From assembly GCF_900167395.1 (NCBI RefSeq), contig NZ_FUWK01000012.1, positions 24,146 through 56,145 of the forward strand: a stretch of 32,000 bases of DNA, read 5' to 3'. The translations under genes were made by a program, and so were the position numbers. The stretch comes from Nitrosomonas europaea. Lineage in GTDB: Bacteria > Pseudomonadota > Gammaproteobacteria > Burkholderiales > Nitrosomonadaceae. Under the pieces are notes generated by a model. It worked only from the letters and a program-made list of their open reading frames with translations. It ran no database searches and was not told the DNA's origin. Within the stretch, counting starts at the first letter, position 1; every line of letters starts with the position of its first letter. Shown here in pieces: positions 10,216 through 20,269 of this stretch.

Positions 10216-10533
10216 ATGACGAAGTCTGAACTGATTTCCAAGCTGGCAGAACGCTTTCCTCAGTTGCTGGCAAAAGATGCTGAACTGGTCGTCAAGATCA
10301 TTCTGGATGCGATGGCCAAGAGTCTTTCCAGGGGAGAGCGTATCGAGATTCGTGGATTTGGCAGTTTTGACCTGAATTACAGACCTTCGCGTGTTGGCCG
10401 TAACCCGAAATCGGGTGAGAAGGTTCATGTTCCGGAAAAATACGTTCCACATTTCAAGGCGGGTAAGAAGATGCGTGAACTGATAGATTCCGGCCCTAAA
10501 CAGCACAAAGTGCTCGATCGCGTTACGGGTTGA
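10216..10533 (+). CDS. ihfB: Integration host factor subunit beta
   Basis: 105-aa [15 protein letters not shown]...[28 protein letters not shown] is the HU/IHF family signature, and the position directly after rpsA is the canonical ihfB position. Confidence 0.93.
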   Translation: MTKSELISKLAERFPQLLAKDAELVVKIILDAMAKSLSRGERIEIRGFGSFDLNYRPSRVGRNPKSGEKVHVPEKYVPHFKAGKKMRELIDSGPKQHKVLDRVTG

Positions 10534-10556
10534 GCACTTTTCTCGTCGTGTGGATT

Positions 10557-10596
10557 GGGAAAGTATGGTTTGAGGGAGCTGGTTTTATACTTTCCC
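10557..10596 (+). terminator. Hairpin downstream of ihfB (terminator candidate)
   Basis: GGGAAAGTAT (10557-10566) pairs perfectly with ATACTTTCCC (10587-10596) across a 20-nt loop, 24 nt after the ihfB stop. No clean U-tract follows. Confidence 0.4.
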
Positions 10597-10681
10597 TGTT
10601 CGATATAGTGCGGTTATCAGTGTATTTTGACGATTCTATTTTTCTGTTTTACCTTTCTGAGCCGAATCAGATGAAATACGC

Positions 10682-10885
10682 ATGTTTATGACCCTTCTAC
10701 GCCTGATTGTCTTTTTGTTTCTGCTCAGTGTCGCTGTCAAGAATTCCGGGATGGTGACAATACACTACTACCTGGGGATGGAATGGGAAATCCCTCTGGT
10801 AGTAGTGCTTTTCCTCTGTTTTACTGCAGGCACCTTATTCGGGTATCTGTCCTGCTTCATCAAAAAAATCCGTAAGAAATCCTGA
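10682..10885 (+). CDS. lapA: LapA-family (DUF1049) inner-membrane protein, short form
   Basis: 67-aa ORF with two TM helices flanking the pattern typical of LapA/YciS ([42 protein letters not shown]) and a basic tail KKIRKKS. It lies directly upstream of pyrF, as lapA-lapB-pyrF does in E. coli. Confidence 0.7.
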   Translation: MFMTLLRLIVFLFLLSVAVKNSGMVTIHYYLGMEWEIPLVVVLFLCFTAGTLFGYLSCFIKKIRKKS

Positions 10886-10898
10886 TATCCTCAGTGGT

Positions 10899-11594
10899 AT
10901 GAATGACCCGCGTATCATCGTCGCACTGGATTTTCCCGATCAGTGTACAGCATTGAATTTTGCTGCCGGGCTGGATAGTACGCTTTGCCGGGTCAAGGTC
11001 GGGAAAGAGCTGTTTACTCTGGCGGGTCCGCAATTGGTCGAGAAATTGATGAAACTGGGTTTCGATGTATTTCTCGATCTGAAATTCCATGATATTCCCA
11101 ATACGGTTGCTGCAGCTTGCAGTGCTGCATCAAGCCTTGGTGTATGGATGGTCAATGTACACGCGCTGGGAGGGAGTAAAATGCTGCTTGCAGCCCGACA
11201 GGCCCTGGATGGGAAAAGAACCAGACTCATTGCCGTTACCCTGCTCACCAGCCTGAATCAGAATGATTTGAGTGAGTTGGGTATAGCTGATACACCGGAA
11301 ACAATGGTGCAGCGACTGGCTTTGCTTGCCCAGCGTTGTGGCCTGGACGGTGTGGTTTGTTCAGCGCTGGAAGCGGTGAGTCTGAGAGAAGTGACTGGTG
11401 AGGATTTTTGTCTGGTCACTCCGGGTATCCGATCATTCGGTGACGGTAACGATGATCAGGCGAGGATTGCAACACCGGCAATGGCAATACGTAGTGGGGC
11501 CAGCTATCTTGTGATCGGCAGACCCATCACCCGATCACCGGATCCGCTCGGAGCACTCCGTCGATTCAATGACGAGGTCGCTTCAGTTTTATGA
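10899..11594 (+). CDS. pyrF: Orotidine 5'-phosphate decarboxylase
   Basis: 231-aa ORF with IIVALDF near the N-terminus, the [13 protein letters not shown] catalytic motif, and LVIGRPIT near the C-terminus. Confidence 0.95.
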   Translation: MNDPRIIVALDFPDQCTALNFAAGLDSTLCRVKVGKELFTLAGPQLVEKLMKLGFDVFLDLKFHDIPNTVAAACSAASSLGVWMVNVHALGGSKMLLAARQALDGKRTRLIAVTLLTSLNQNDLSELGIADTPETMVQRLALLAQRCGLDGVVCSALEAVSLREVTGEDFCLVTPGIRSFGDGNDDQARIATPAMAIRSGASYLVIGRPITRSPDPLGALRRFNDEVASVL

Positions 11595-12641
11595 TCGGGC
11601 AATCTGTACTTCTGGCAGATTCCTGGATGATATTGCAAAAATTTTCTTGAGTGCCCAATCCTGACTGGCTAAGAGGCTGGTAATCAGGACGGTTGCTCTA
11701 ACACTCCGGCGAGAGATTTTTACTTCTCTTCCCGTTATAAAATCCCGTTTGTGGTTGATTTTGTTTAGGGTCAATACTGCCATGCCGATCGCCCACAGGC
11801 AGAATCGGCGTACCCCGGCTTCATGTGACGGAATCAGGCAGGTGTAGGCCAGGGCGTTCTGCAAGTGTGTCTTGGCGATCCCGATCAGAGTGCCCAGACC
11901 GGCATGGAAACCTCGCTCGGGGCAACCTGGCTGTAAATCGTTCAGATCAAATCCTTCTTGCAGGAAAATATCTCTTGGCAGCCAGCAGGCACCCCGTTTT
12001 CTGTCTTCCCAGATATCTTTCAGGATATTGGTCATTTGCAATCCCTGTCCGAAAGAGACTGATAATTGCATCAGCGCCGGTTTGTGCTGGTTGATTTCCG
12101 GGGAGTAGTCACAAAACAGTTCGGTCAGCATTTCACCGACGACACCAGCAACATGGTAGCAATAGCGATCCATCTCGGCCAGATTCTCGAGTCCCGACAG
12201 AGATTCGCTTTCCTGGTATGCGGCCATTCCCTGCCCCATGATACGTATGCAGCGTTCCAGTGCCTGGCGTTGCACCGGGTTGAAGCTGTGAGTCATGCGT
12301 ATGACAGACGGAGTATGTTTGATGAGATCGTGTTCCGCTGGAATGGTATGTTCCGAAAGCAGGGGATACAGGGCTCGGGCAAATGTTTCTGCCTCGACTG
12401 TTCCGCTGACGACCTCAATGAACATCTCGGCCAGTTCGCGTGTTTGCTCCAGTGTCAGGGCGCTGTCATCTTCAACGGTATCGACTATACGACATAACAG
12501 GTAGGCGTTTCCTACCACCTCACGCAACGCTGGCGGCAGTTGCGGGATGGTCAGTGCAAAAGTACGCGATACGCCCTGTAGTATGTGTTCCTGATAGCGC
12601 ACATCATCGAGTGTGGCAATGTTCGACATGGTCGGAGTCAT
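11589..12641 (-). CDS. Squalene synthase (farnesyl-diphosphate farnesyltransferase; squalene/phytoene synthase family)
   Basis: ORF 11589..12647 (TTG). The more likely ATG starts are at 12641 or 12629. Motifs [33 protein letters not shown] and [14 protein letters not shown] resemble bona fide SQS-type enzymes more than HpnC/HpnD. The 3' end overlaps the pyrF 3' end by 6 nt (convergent). Confidence 0.85.
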   Translation of the reverse strand: MTPTMSNIATLDDVRYQEHILQGVSRTFALTIPQLPPALREVVGNAYLLCRIVDTVEDDSALTLEQTRELAEMFIEVVSGTVEAETFARALYPLLSEHTIPAEHDLIKHTPSVIRMTHSFNPVQRQALERCIRIMGQGMAAYQESESLSGLENLAEMDRYCYHVAGVVGEMLTELFCDYSPEINQHKPALMQLSVSFGQGLQMTNILKDIWEDRKRGACWLPRDIFLQEGFDLNDLQPGCPERGFHAGLGTLIGIAKTHLQNALAYTCLIPSHEAGVRRFCLWAIGMAVLTLNKINHKRDFITGREVKISRRSVRATVLITSLLASQDWALKKIFAISSRNLPEVQIARS

Positions 12642-12650
12642 ATGCAAATT

Positions 12651-13904
12651 TCAGATGGGCAGCTTTTCCAGAGCATACAGATCTTCCACCGTTTCACGCG
12701 CGCGGATGAGATGCACCGTGCTGCCATCCACCATGACTTCAGCTGCGCGTGGGCGGGTATTGTAATTGGAACTCATGCTCATACCATAGGCTCCGGCGGA
12801 CATGACTGCCAGCAAATCGTTTTTTGTCAGTGCCAAGTTACGATCATGGCCGAGAAAATCACCGGTTTCGCAAACAGGCCCGACGATCTGGTAGGTTTTC
12901 GTTTCCCCGGTTCGTTTGGTGACCGGCAGGATTGAGTGGTAAGCCTGATATAAAGCTGGTCTCAGCATGTCGTTCATGGCCGCATCAACAATGGCAAAAT
13001 TGCGGTGTGACGTATGTTTGAGGTAGTGTACCCGGGTCAACAGCAGCCCGGCGTTGCCCACCATTGAACGACCGGGTTCAATGAGCAATTGCTGCGGATG
13101 GTTTTCTGCGATCGTACACAGTGCTTTGATGTAGGCTTCTATCGAAGGTGGTGATTCCCGATCATAACGAATTCCCAGTCCTCCACCCAGATCAAGATGT
13201 TTGATAGTGACGCCCATTGTTTGCAGGCGTGCCAGTAAATCGAGCATTTTATCGGCTGCTTCAATGAAGGGTGCAATTTCAGTCAATTGCGAACCGATGT
13301 GGCAATCCAGCCCGGAGACCTGAATATGGGGAAGCTGGTGCGCCAGTGAATAGATTCGTCCAGCCTCAGCGGCCGGGATGCCAAATTTGTTTTCCTTCAT
13401 TCCTGTCGAAATATAAGGGTGGGTATTGGCATCCACGTCCGGGTTGACGCGCAAACTGACTGGTGCAATTTTCCCCATCTGTCCGGCGATTTCATTCAGT
13501 ACCATCAACTCCATTTCCGATTCCACATTGAAACAGAGAATATTGGCAGCCAGTGCGGCACGAATTTCCTCAGGTGTTTTGCCCACCCCGGAGAAAACCG
13601 TTTTTTGCGGATCGCCACCTGCTTTCAATACGCGCTGCAATTCTCCACCAGAGACGATATCGAAACCGCTGCCAAGGCGAGCAAGCAGATTCAGTATGGC
13701 AAGATTCGAATTGGCTTTTACCGCGTAGCAGATCAGATGATCCCGTTGTCCGAATGCATGATCAAAAATCTGGTAAGTCGTGCGGATTGCTGCGCTCGAA
13801 TAAACATAGCAGGGGGTACCAAATTTAGCGGCAATCTCTGCCAGTGGTACCGATTCCACAAAAAGCTGGCTATCACGGTATTCAAATGAGCTGAAGCTGC
13901 TCAT
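12651..13904 (-). CDS. lysA: Diaminopimelate decarboxylase
   Basis: 417-aa ORF with the PLP-lysine motif CYAVKANSN, the GGGLGI glycine loop, and EPGRSMVGNAG. It is a full-length fold-type III decarboxylase. Confidence 0.95.
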   Translation of the reverse strand: MSSFSSFEYRDSQLFVESVPLAEIAAKFGTPCYVYSSAAIRTTYQIFDHAFGQRDHLICYAVKANSNLAILNLLARLGSGFDIVSGGELQRVLKAGGDPQKTVFSGVGKTPEEIRAALAANILCFNVESEMELMVLNEIAGQMGKIAPVSLRVNPDVDANTHPYISTGMKENKFGIPAAEAGRIYSLAHQLPHIQVSGLDCHIGSQLTEIAPFIEAADKMLDLLARLQTMGVTIKHLDLGGGLGIRYDRESPPSIEAYIKALCTIAENHPQQLLIEPGRSMVGNAGLLLTRVHYLKHTSHRNFAIVDAAMNDMLRPALYQAYHSILPVTKRTGETKTYQIVGPVCETGDFLGHDRNLALTKNDLLAVMSAGAYGMSMSSNYNTRPRAAEVMVDGSTVHLIRARETVEDLYALEKLPI

Positions 13905-14026
13905 GGTTTTTCCTGTGTATCGTTTTTGACGGGAGGTGGATTTTGCGGAAGATAAAGAGGTCCCTTATGGCCACAGGCCGACAGGAACAAGTGTAATGAA
14001 AGGATCAGGCCAAGTATGCGCATCAT
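13901..14026 (-). CDS. lptM: LptM (YifL)-type small lipoprotein, 41 aa
   Basis: Not in the ORF track because it is under 60 aa. Minus-strand translation: MMRILGLILSLHLFLSACGHKGPLYLPQNPPPVKNDTQEKP. It has a lipobox (LSAC) followed by the family signature C-G-x-K-G-P-L-Y-L-P. Its TGA overlaps the lysA ATG (ATGA). The Shine-Dalgarno is weak. Confidence 0.75.
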   Translation of the reverse strand: MMRILGLILSLHLFLSACGHKGPLYLPQNPPPVKNDTQEKP

Positions 14027-14116
14027 GGAATGGCTGGGGATATAAACGGGAAACCGGCGGGTTTTATGAAAGGTCGAGTAAATATCAGGTCAGCGATCAT
14101 GATGCCGGAAATATCA

Positions 14117-14737
14117 TCATGAGTGAATGCTGAATAGCCACTGTACCAGCTCATCCAGCAAGTTGTCACTCACCAGTATGAAAGCAGCAACGGCGCCTGC
14201 TGCATCAGCAGTCTGCGCTGGCCGTTCTCCCGTGAAACTCCGTTGTGCAACCGGTAAGCGTGTGTTGGGTTCGTATAAAGAGGCTCTCAACCGGATGATG
14301 ATCCGGCTGTCATTTTGTGCATGGAAGATCTGAGTGAATTCGCCCAGTTCGATTTTTAACAGGTAGTGTGCGGGTACATGGCTTTCTTTGTTTTTATCGT
14401 CTTTCTGCGAGTCGATGGCATGGCTTGCAAAATACTGTCTGAAGCGTTCGGTTAACAGTTTTGCTGGTGGTGCCGCCCAGCGGCTGCCGGCATAAGCATA
14501 GATGCGGGCAGGATCATGATAGGCAAGCCGGTAATGGATTGATTGAGTATCCAGCCAGACGGGTGCAGTGACATCCATTACCTGGATGATCGCTTGTGAG
14601 AGCCGGGATGAGTCGGTAACCGTTACGGACGTCGCCGGGCCAAGATCGTAAATCGAGACGGGTGCCAGTGTTTTGGGTGTCAATGTACACCCCGTCAGTA
14701 GAACGGCTAAAAACACGGCAGAAAATTTTGTCATCAT
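14117..14737 (-). CDS. PqiC/YmbA-like ABC-type transport auxiliary lipoprotein (DUF330)
   Basis: 206-aa ORF with a lipoprotein signal MMTKFSAVFLAVLLTGC. Size and position immediately after an MCE protein match the family. Its start overlaps the upstream stop (ATGATGA). Confidence 0.8.
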   Translation of the reverse strand: MMTKFSAVFLAVLLTGCTLTPKTLAPVSIYDLGPATSVTVTDSSRLSQAIIQVMDVTAPVWLDTQSIHYRLAYHDPARIYAYAGSRWAAPPAKLLTERFRQYFASHAIDSQKDDKNKESHVPAHYLLKIELGEFTQIFHAQNDSRIIIRLRASLYEPNTRLPVAQRSFTGERPAQTADAAGAVAAFILVSDNLLDELVQWLFSIHS

Positions 14738-15639
14738 TTTCCCGGTTGAGGCGGCGAAAATCCTGGTTCACCCGGGCCAGGCAAGGCAGGCGGCTTGCCA
14801 AATACCAGGCTCTGTGGATGATCTTCCAGCAGATTCAGCAATTGATCCAGTTTGTGAGCACTTTGTGTAATGGCCACGCCTGTTTCGTTCAGGCTGGTGA
14901 GGGTGCGGGTCATTTCCAGAGAACCCTGAGTCAGGTTATCTACCAGCCCCTGCTGCTGATTGAGTTTTTGCAGAACCTGGCTGGTATTTTCCATGACCTG
15001 ACGGGTTTGTTTGAATGTCGAAGTGAGTTCGCTGCTCAACTGCGGTAATGTTTGTAATCCTTTCTGAAGCTGCCCGGTCAATGTGTCGTAGTGCTGGACG
15101 GCCTGTTCCAGGTGGCTCAGAATACTGCTTATATGCGTCTGATTCTGTTCATTTAACAGATTGCTTATCTGTCTGATGGCCATATTCGAATTTTTCAGGA
15201 TCTCTTCCAGAGAATCGGAGAGTGTCTTGATAAGTGAGGATCTGAGCGGGATGCGCGCCTCATTTTGCAGAGGTTTGGTTTCTGCGTCGGCTACATCATC
15301 ATTCAGTTCGATATAAGTCAATCCGGTAATACCCTGGCTTGCCAGTTGCGCATAGATATCTCCCGGAAGAACTACATTATGATTGACGGCGATACGTACA
15401 ATGATATTGCGAATATTCTCCCTGTCGAAGTAAATTTCCTCAACTTTCCCGACATTGACACCGCGGTAACGGACTGATGCTTCCGGGTTCAGCCCGGATA
15501 CCGCGCCACCCGCAGAAACCAGAAAATAATGGTTATAGCTGACGCTGTCGCGACTGAACCATTTGACTGCCATGACTGTTGCTACTCCCAGCAGGAGTAT
15601 GAACAGACCGGCAGCTAATGCGTGTGCTCGATTCTCCAT
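14734..15639 (-). CDS. MlaD/MCE-domain protein (PqiB/MlaD family)
   Basis: 301-aa ORF with an N-terminal TM anchor (ALAAGLFILLLGVATVMAV), an MCE domain (GLNPEASVRYRGVNVGKVEEIYFD) and a long Q/L-rich helical C-terminal half. Confidence 0.85.
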   Translation of the reverse strand: MENRAHALAAGLFILLLGVATVMAVKWFSRDSVSYNHYFLVSAGGAVSGLNPEASVRYRGVNVGKVEEIYFDRENIRNIIVRIAVNHNVVLPGDIYAQLASQGITGLTYIELNDDVADAETKPLQNEARIPLRSSLIKTLSDSLEEILKNSNMAIRQISNLLNEQNQTHISSILSHLEQAVQHYDTLTGQLQKGLQTLPQLSSELTSTFKQTRQVMENTSQVLQKLNQQQGLVDNLTQGSLEMTRTLTSLNETGVAITQSAHKLDQLLNLLEDHPQSLVFGKPPALPGPGEPGFSPPQPGK

Positions 15640-15669
15640 CAGATTTTCAGGGGTAGTTCGACTGCGAAA

Positions 15670-16497
15670 CTATTCGACCGGCTCGCGATTTTCAGCGATG
15701 AGTCGTTCGGTCAGATGCGGGGCAATGATCTGCAACAGCTGGGTAAAGATTTTGGGATTACCCGCAACAATCTGTCCACTTTGCATATAGCTCCCGTTAC
15801 CTTCAAAATCGCCAACCATACCACCCGCTTCCAGAATGAGCAGGCAGCCGGCGGCGATATCCCATGGCGCCAGCCCGGTTTCCCAGAAACCATCGTAACG
15901 TCCTGCTGCAACATAGGCGAGATCCAGTGCCGCAGAGCCTGGACGGCGTATACCCGCTGTTTTGGGAATCATGTCCCTGAATATGGCCAGGTAGGCTTCC
16001 ATATGAGTAAAGTCCCGGAACGGAAATCCAGTACCGATCAGGCATTCCCCCAGTTGTACGCGCTTGCTGACACGAATGCGATGATCATTTAGAAACGCAC
16101 CACTGCCGCGTGTGGCGGTAAACAACTCATCTTTCACCGGGTCGTAGACGACCGCTTGTGTCAGAATTCCCCGGTGCAGCAGTGCAATCGAGACACTGTA
16201 TTTGGGAAATCCATGTAAAAAATTGGTAGTACCGTCCAGCGGGTCGATGATCCACTGATATTCCGGTTTACGGGTATTTCCTCTGGAGCCGCTTTCTTCT
16301 GCTAGAATCGAGTGGTCTGGGTATGCGTCCAGCAGGATTTTGATAATGGCATCTTCGGCAGCTTTATCCACCTCGCTCACAAAATCACTGTGCGCTTTAC
16401 GTGAGATAGTCAATCGTTCCAGATCCATCGAAGCGCGGTTGATGATACTGCCGGCACGGCGGGCAGCCTTGACCGCAATAGTAAGCATGGGATGCAT
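15670..16497 (-). CDS. suhB: Inositol monophosphatase family protein SuhB
   Basis: 275-aa ORF with motifs [19 protein letters not shown] and WDIAAG. It is divergent from trmJ, as in E. coli. Confidence 0.92.
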   Translation of the reverse strand: MHPMLTIAVKAARRAGSIINRASMDLERLTISRKAHSDFVSEVDKAAEDAIIKILLDAYPDHSILAEESGSRGNTRKPEYQWIIDPLDGTTNFLHGFPKYSVSIALLHRGILTQAVVYDPVKDELFTATRGSGAFLNDHRIRVSKRVQLGECLIGTGFPFRDFTHMEAYLAIFRDMIPKTAGIRRPGSAALDLAYVAAGRYDGFWETGLAPWDIAAGCLLILEAGGMVGDFEGNGSYMQSGQIVAGNPKIFTQLLQIIAPHLTERLIAENREPVE

Positions 16498-16541
16498 GGC
16501 AAAAACTTGAGAAACAATGACTGGAAAGCCGCTATTCTAAT

Positions 16542-17282
16542 ATGAATCCAGCCTCACCGCTCGATAATGTCCGGATCGTGCTCAGCCATACCAGCCATCC
16601 GGGTAATATTGGTGCAACTGCCCGGGCGATGAAAACCATGGGCCTAAGTCGGCTCTATCTCGTCAATCCGAAATCTTTTCCTGACAGTGAAGCGGATGCC
16701 AGGGCTTCCAATGCACGCGATATCCTTGAATCCGCGTGTGTATGCACCAGCCTGGAGGAAGCGATGGGTGATACTTTCCTGGCTGCTGCGCTGACGGCAC
16801 GTTCGCGAGATCTGTCGCATCCAACCCGCAATGCCAGACAGGCCGCCGGTGAACTGATCCGGTATGCACATCATCACCCGGTGGCGTTGCTGTTCGGCCG
16901 GGAAAGTGCCGGACTCACCTCTGCAGAAATCAGTCATTGCCAGTTGACTGTACAGATTCCGGCCAATTCTGCCTATTCCTCGCTCAATCTGGCGGCTGCG
17001 GTACAGATTATGGCTTATGAGCTGCGCATGGTTCTTGAAGAAGGGGTGGTTGCAGATGAACCTGATCCGCAGTTGCCTGAACCGGCCAGTCTGCAGGAAA
17101 TCGAGGGTTTACACCACCATCTGGAGCAGGTCATGGTTCAAAGTGGATTTCTTGATCCGACTCAACCAAAACGTCTGATGCGCCGGATGCGCCGCCTGTT
17201 TGCGCGCACCCGGCTGGAAAAGGAAGAAGTGAATATTCTGCGAGGCTTGCTGACTGCAGTCAACCCGCATAAGCCGACCTGA
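16542..17282 (+). CDS. trmJ: tRNA (cytidine/uridine-2'-O-)-methyltransferase TrmJ (SpoU/TrmH class)
   Basis: 246-aa ORF. VRIVLSHTSHPGNIGATARAMKTMGLSRLYLVNP closely parallels the E. coli TrmJ N-terminus. The SPOUT knot region is IPANSAYSSLNLAAAV. Confidence 0.85.
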   Translation: MNPASPLDNVRIVLSHTSHPGNIGATARAMKTMGLSRLYLVNPKSFPDSEADARASNARDILESACVCTSLEEAMGDTFLAAALTARSRDLSHPTRNARQAAGELIRYAHHHPVALLFGRESAGLTSAEISHCQLTVQIPANSAYSSLNLAAAVQIMAYELRMVLEEGVVADEPDPQLPEPASLQEIEGLHHHLEQVMVQSGFLDPTQPKRLMRRMRRLFARTRLEKEEVNILRGLLTAVNPHKPT

Positions 17283-17367
17283 AGGCTAGTTCATCCTGTT
17301 GCAGCGGAGGAAGATGCGGAATGCCCGGATGACCTCAACCTGAAGCATTCCTCTCTGTTTCAATTGG

Positions 17368-17982
17368 TTAGTTGGGTGCAATAGTCGTTTTGAACGACTG
17401 GCGTTCTGCCAGCTTGTCTGCCAGACGGACGAGATTGGGATAAGTATCGCGCCATTTGACTGCAGGGAAGCGGGCATCCAGATAACCGAATGCGCAGCCC
17501 AACGCAATATCAGCCAGCGTCATGGATTCACCTTCACACCATGGTTTGTCACCCAGTTCGGCGGCTACAGCTTGTAATCCCTGATCGATCTTTTTCTGTT
17601 GGCGTTCGATCCATTCCTGACTTTGCTGTGATTCCGGCCGCTTCCGTTCAAGATAAATGGCCACACAGGCATCGATAATGCCGTCTGCGAGTGCCTCCCA
17701 GCGTTTGACGCGGAGTCGCTGTGGTCCGGCTGTTGGGATTAGACGGCCTGACTCGGGGCCATTCAGATCATCCAGATATTCAACGATTACGCGAGAATCA
17801 AACAAAATGTATCCATCATCCATGATCAGAGCGGGCACTTTACCCAGAGGATTGACCTGTGCGACCCGGGTATCGGGGCTGAATGGCGGGTCATTGGTAA
17901 ATTCATGGTCGATGCTTTTTTCACCCAGCACGATGCGCACCTTGCGCACATACGGGCTGGTCAGTGATCCAATGAGTTTCAT
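17368..17982 (-). CDS. Glutathione S-transferase family protein
   Basis: Frame 17368..18222, but the GST fold starts at MKLIGSLTSPYVRKVRIVL (ATG at 17982, with AAGGA upstream). The thioredoxin-like N-domain contains GKVPAL..DG..LFDSRVIVEYL. The longer ORF would overlap the purB start. Confidence 0.85.
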   Translation of the reverse strand: MKLIGSLTSPYVRKVRIVLGEKSIDHEFTNDPPFSPDTRVAQVNPLGKVPALIMDDGYILFDSRVIVEYLDDLNGPESGRLIPTAGPQRLRVKRWEALADGIIDACVAIYLERKRPESQQSQEWIERQQKKIDQGLQAVAAELGDKPWCEGESMTLADIALGCAFGYLDARFPAVKWRDTYPNLVRLADKLAERQSFKTTIAPN

Positions 17983-18105
17983 TATGCTGTCCTTTTTGTT
18001 TTTGAAATATTGACTGTGCGATTCTATCCCAGCCGGGGAGCGATAGCGAGCTGTGTTAGAATGCGCGCTCCCGATTGATGAAGAATGCCTGAATTTAAAC
18101 AATAA

Positions 18106-19485
<1,380 letters not shown>

Positions 19486-19529
19486 CCTCGGTATCGCATC
19501 ATTTCTGCCACTCATTTGCACCCATTGGG

Positions 19530-19556
19530 TTTGAGTACGACTCAAATATCTTTTTT
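19530..19556 (+). terminator. Rho-independent terminator candidate after purB
   Basis: TTTGAGT-acg-ACTCAAA is a 7-bp AT-rich stem, followed 4 nt later by TTTTTT (19551-19556). It lies 45 nt after the purB stop. Confidence 0.4.
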
Positions 19557-19566
19557 CGGATCAGGG

Positions 19567-19594
19567 GTTGAAAAAGAAATATCGGCCCCAATAT
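19567..19594 (+). promoter_or_regulatory. Sigma-32 (RpoH)-type heat-shock promoter upstream of grpE
   Basis: GTTGAA (19567-19572), a 13-nt spacer, then CCCCAATAT (19586-19594), compared with the consensus CTTGAA-N13-15-CCCCATNT. It is followed by AGGAGG and the grpE ATG at 19621. Confidence 0.55.
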
Positions 19595-19620
19595 CACCGG
19601 CACCGTAACAGGAGGAATCT

Positions 19621-20208
19621 ATGCAGGAGCCACACGATCAAGAACCTATCGAGAAACAGAAACTGCCGGGAATGGATGATGTGCTGGAAACAGAGCATTC
19701 CGGTACAGTGGCAGGGAATACAGAGCGTGCGGGAGAAGATGCCGCACCCAGTCTTGAGCAGCAACTGAAAGAAGCAGAAATCAGGGCAGCCGAGCATCAC
19801 GATGCCTGGTTGCGCGCCAAAGCGGAAACCGAAAATATCCGCAAACGGGCGCAGACAGATATTGCCAGCGCACACAAGTATGCTATCGATAATTTTTCTG
19901 TCCAGTTACTGGCTGTGATGGATAGTCTGGACGCCGCACTGGCAACGGAGAATTCCACCCTTGAAAATCTGCGGGACGGTGTGGAGCTGACACGCAAGCA
20001 GCTTGCGGCAGTTTTTGAGAAATTCAATATCCACACCATTGATCCGCAAGGAGAAAAATTCGATCCACATCAGCACGAGGCCATGTGTGCAGTTGAATCG
20101 GATTTTGCACCTAACACAGTCATACAAGTCATGCAAAAAGGTTATATGTTGCACGATCGGGTAATTCGTCCCGCTATGGTGACTGTTTCAAAGGCCAAGG
20201 GTACTTGA
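19621..20208 (+). CDS. grpE: Nucleotide exchange factor GrpE
   Basis: 195-aa ORF with an acidic N-terminal extension, a coiled-coil region (RAKAETENIRKRAQ) and a conserved C-terminal domain (FDPHQHEAM...GY.L.DRVIRPAMV). It lies upstream of dnaK. Confidence 0.93.
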   Translation: MQEPHDQEPIEKQKLPGMDDVLETEHSGTVAGNTERAGEDAAPSLEQQLKEAEIRAAEHHDAWLRAKAETENIRKRAQTDIASAHKYAIDNFSVQLLAVMDSLDAALATENSTLENLRDGVELTRKQLAAVFEKFNIHTIDPQGEKFDPHQHEAMCAVESDFAPNTVIQVMQKGYMLHDRVIRPAMVTVSKAKGT

Positions 20209-20232
20209 GATTTTCAGGAGAGCCCCCATTTA
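20204..20232 (+). promoter_or_regulatory. Sigma-32 (RpoH)-type heat-shock promoter upstream of dnaK
   Basis: CTTGAG (20204-20209, overlapping the grpE stop), a 14-nt spacer, then CCCCATTTA (20224-20232), which is identical to the canonical -10 CCCCATNTA. The AAGGA RBS and dnaK ATG at 20270 follow. Confidence 0.6.
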
Positions 20233-20269
20233 CGCTACAGGATAAATTTCAATTCATAAAGGACATACT

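Noticed and set aside
13936-14133. A 65-aa plus-strand ORF in the lysA upstream gap.
   Set aside because: It has no SD and no recognisable features, and the same DNA encodes a textbook LptM lipoprotein on the minus strand.
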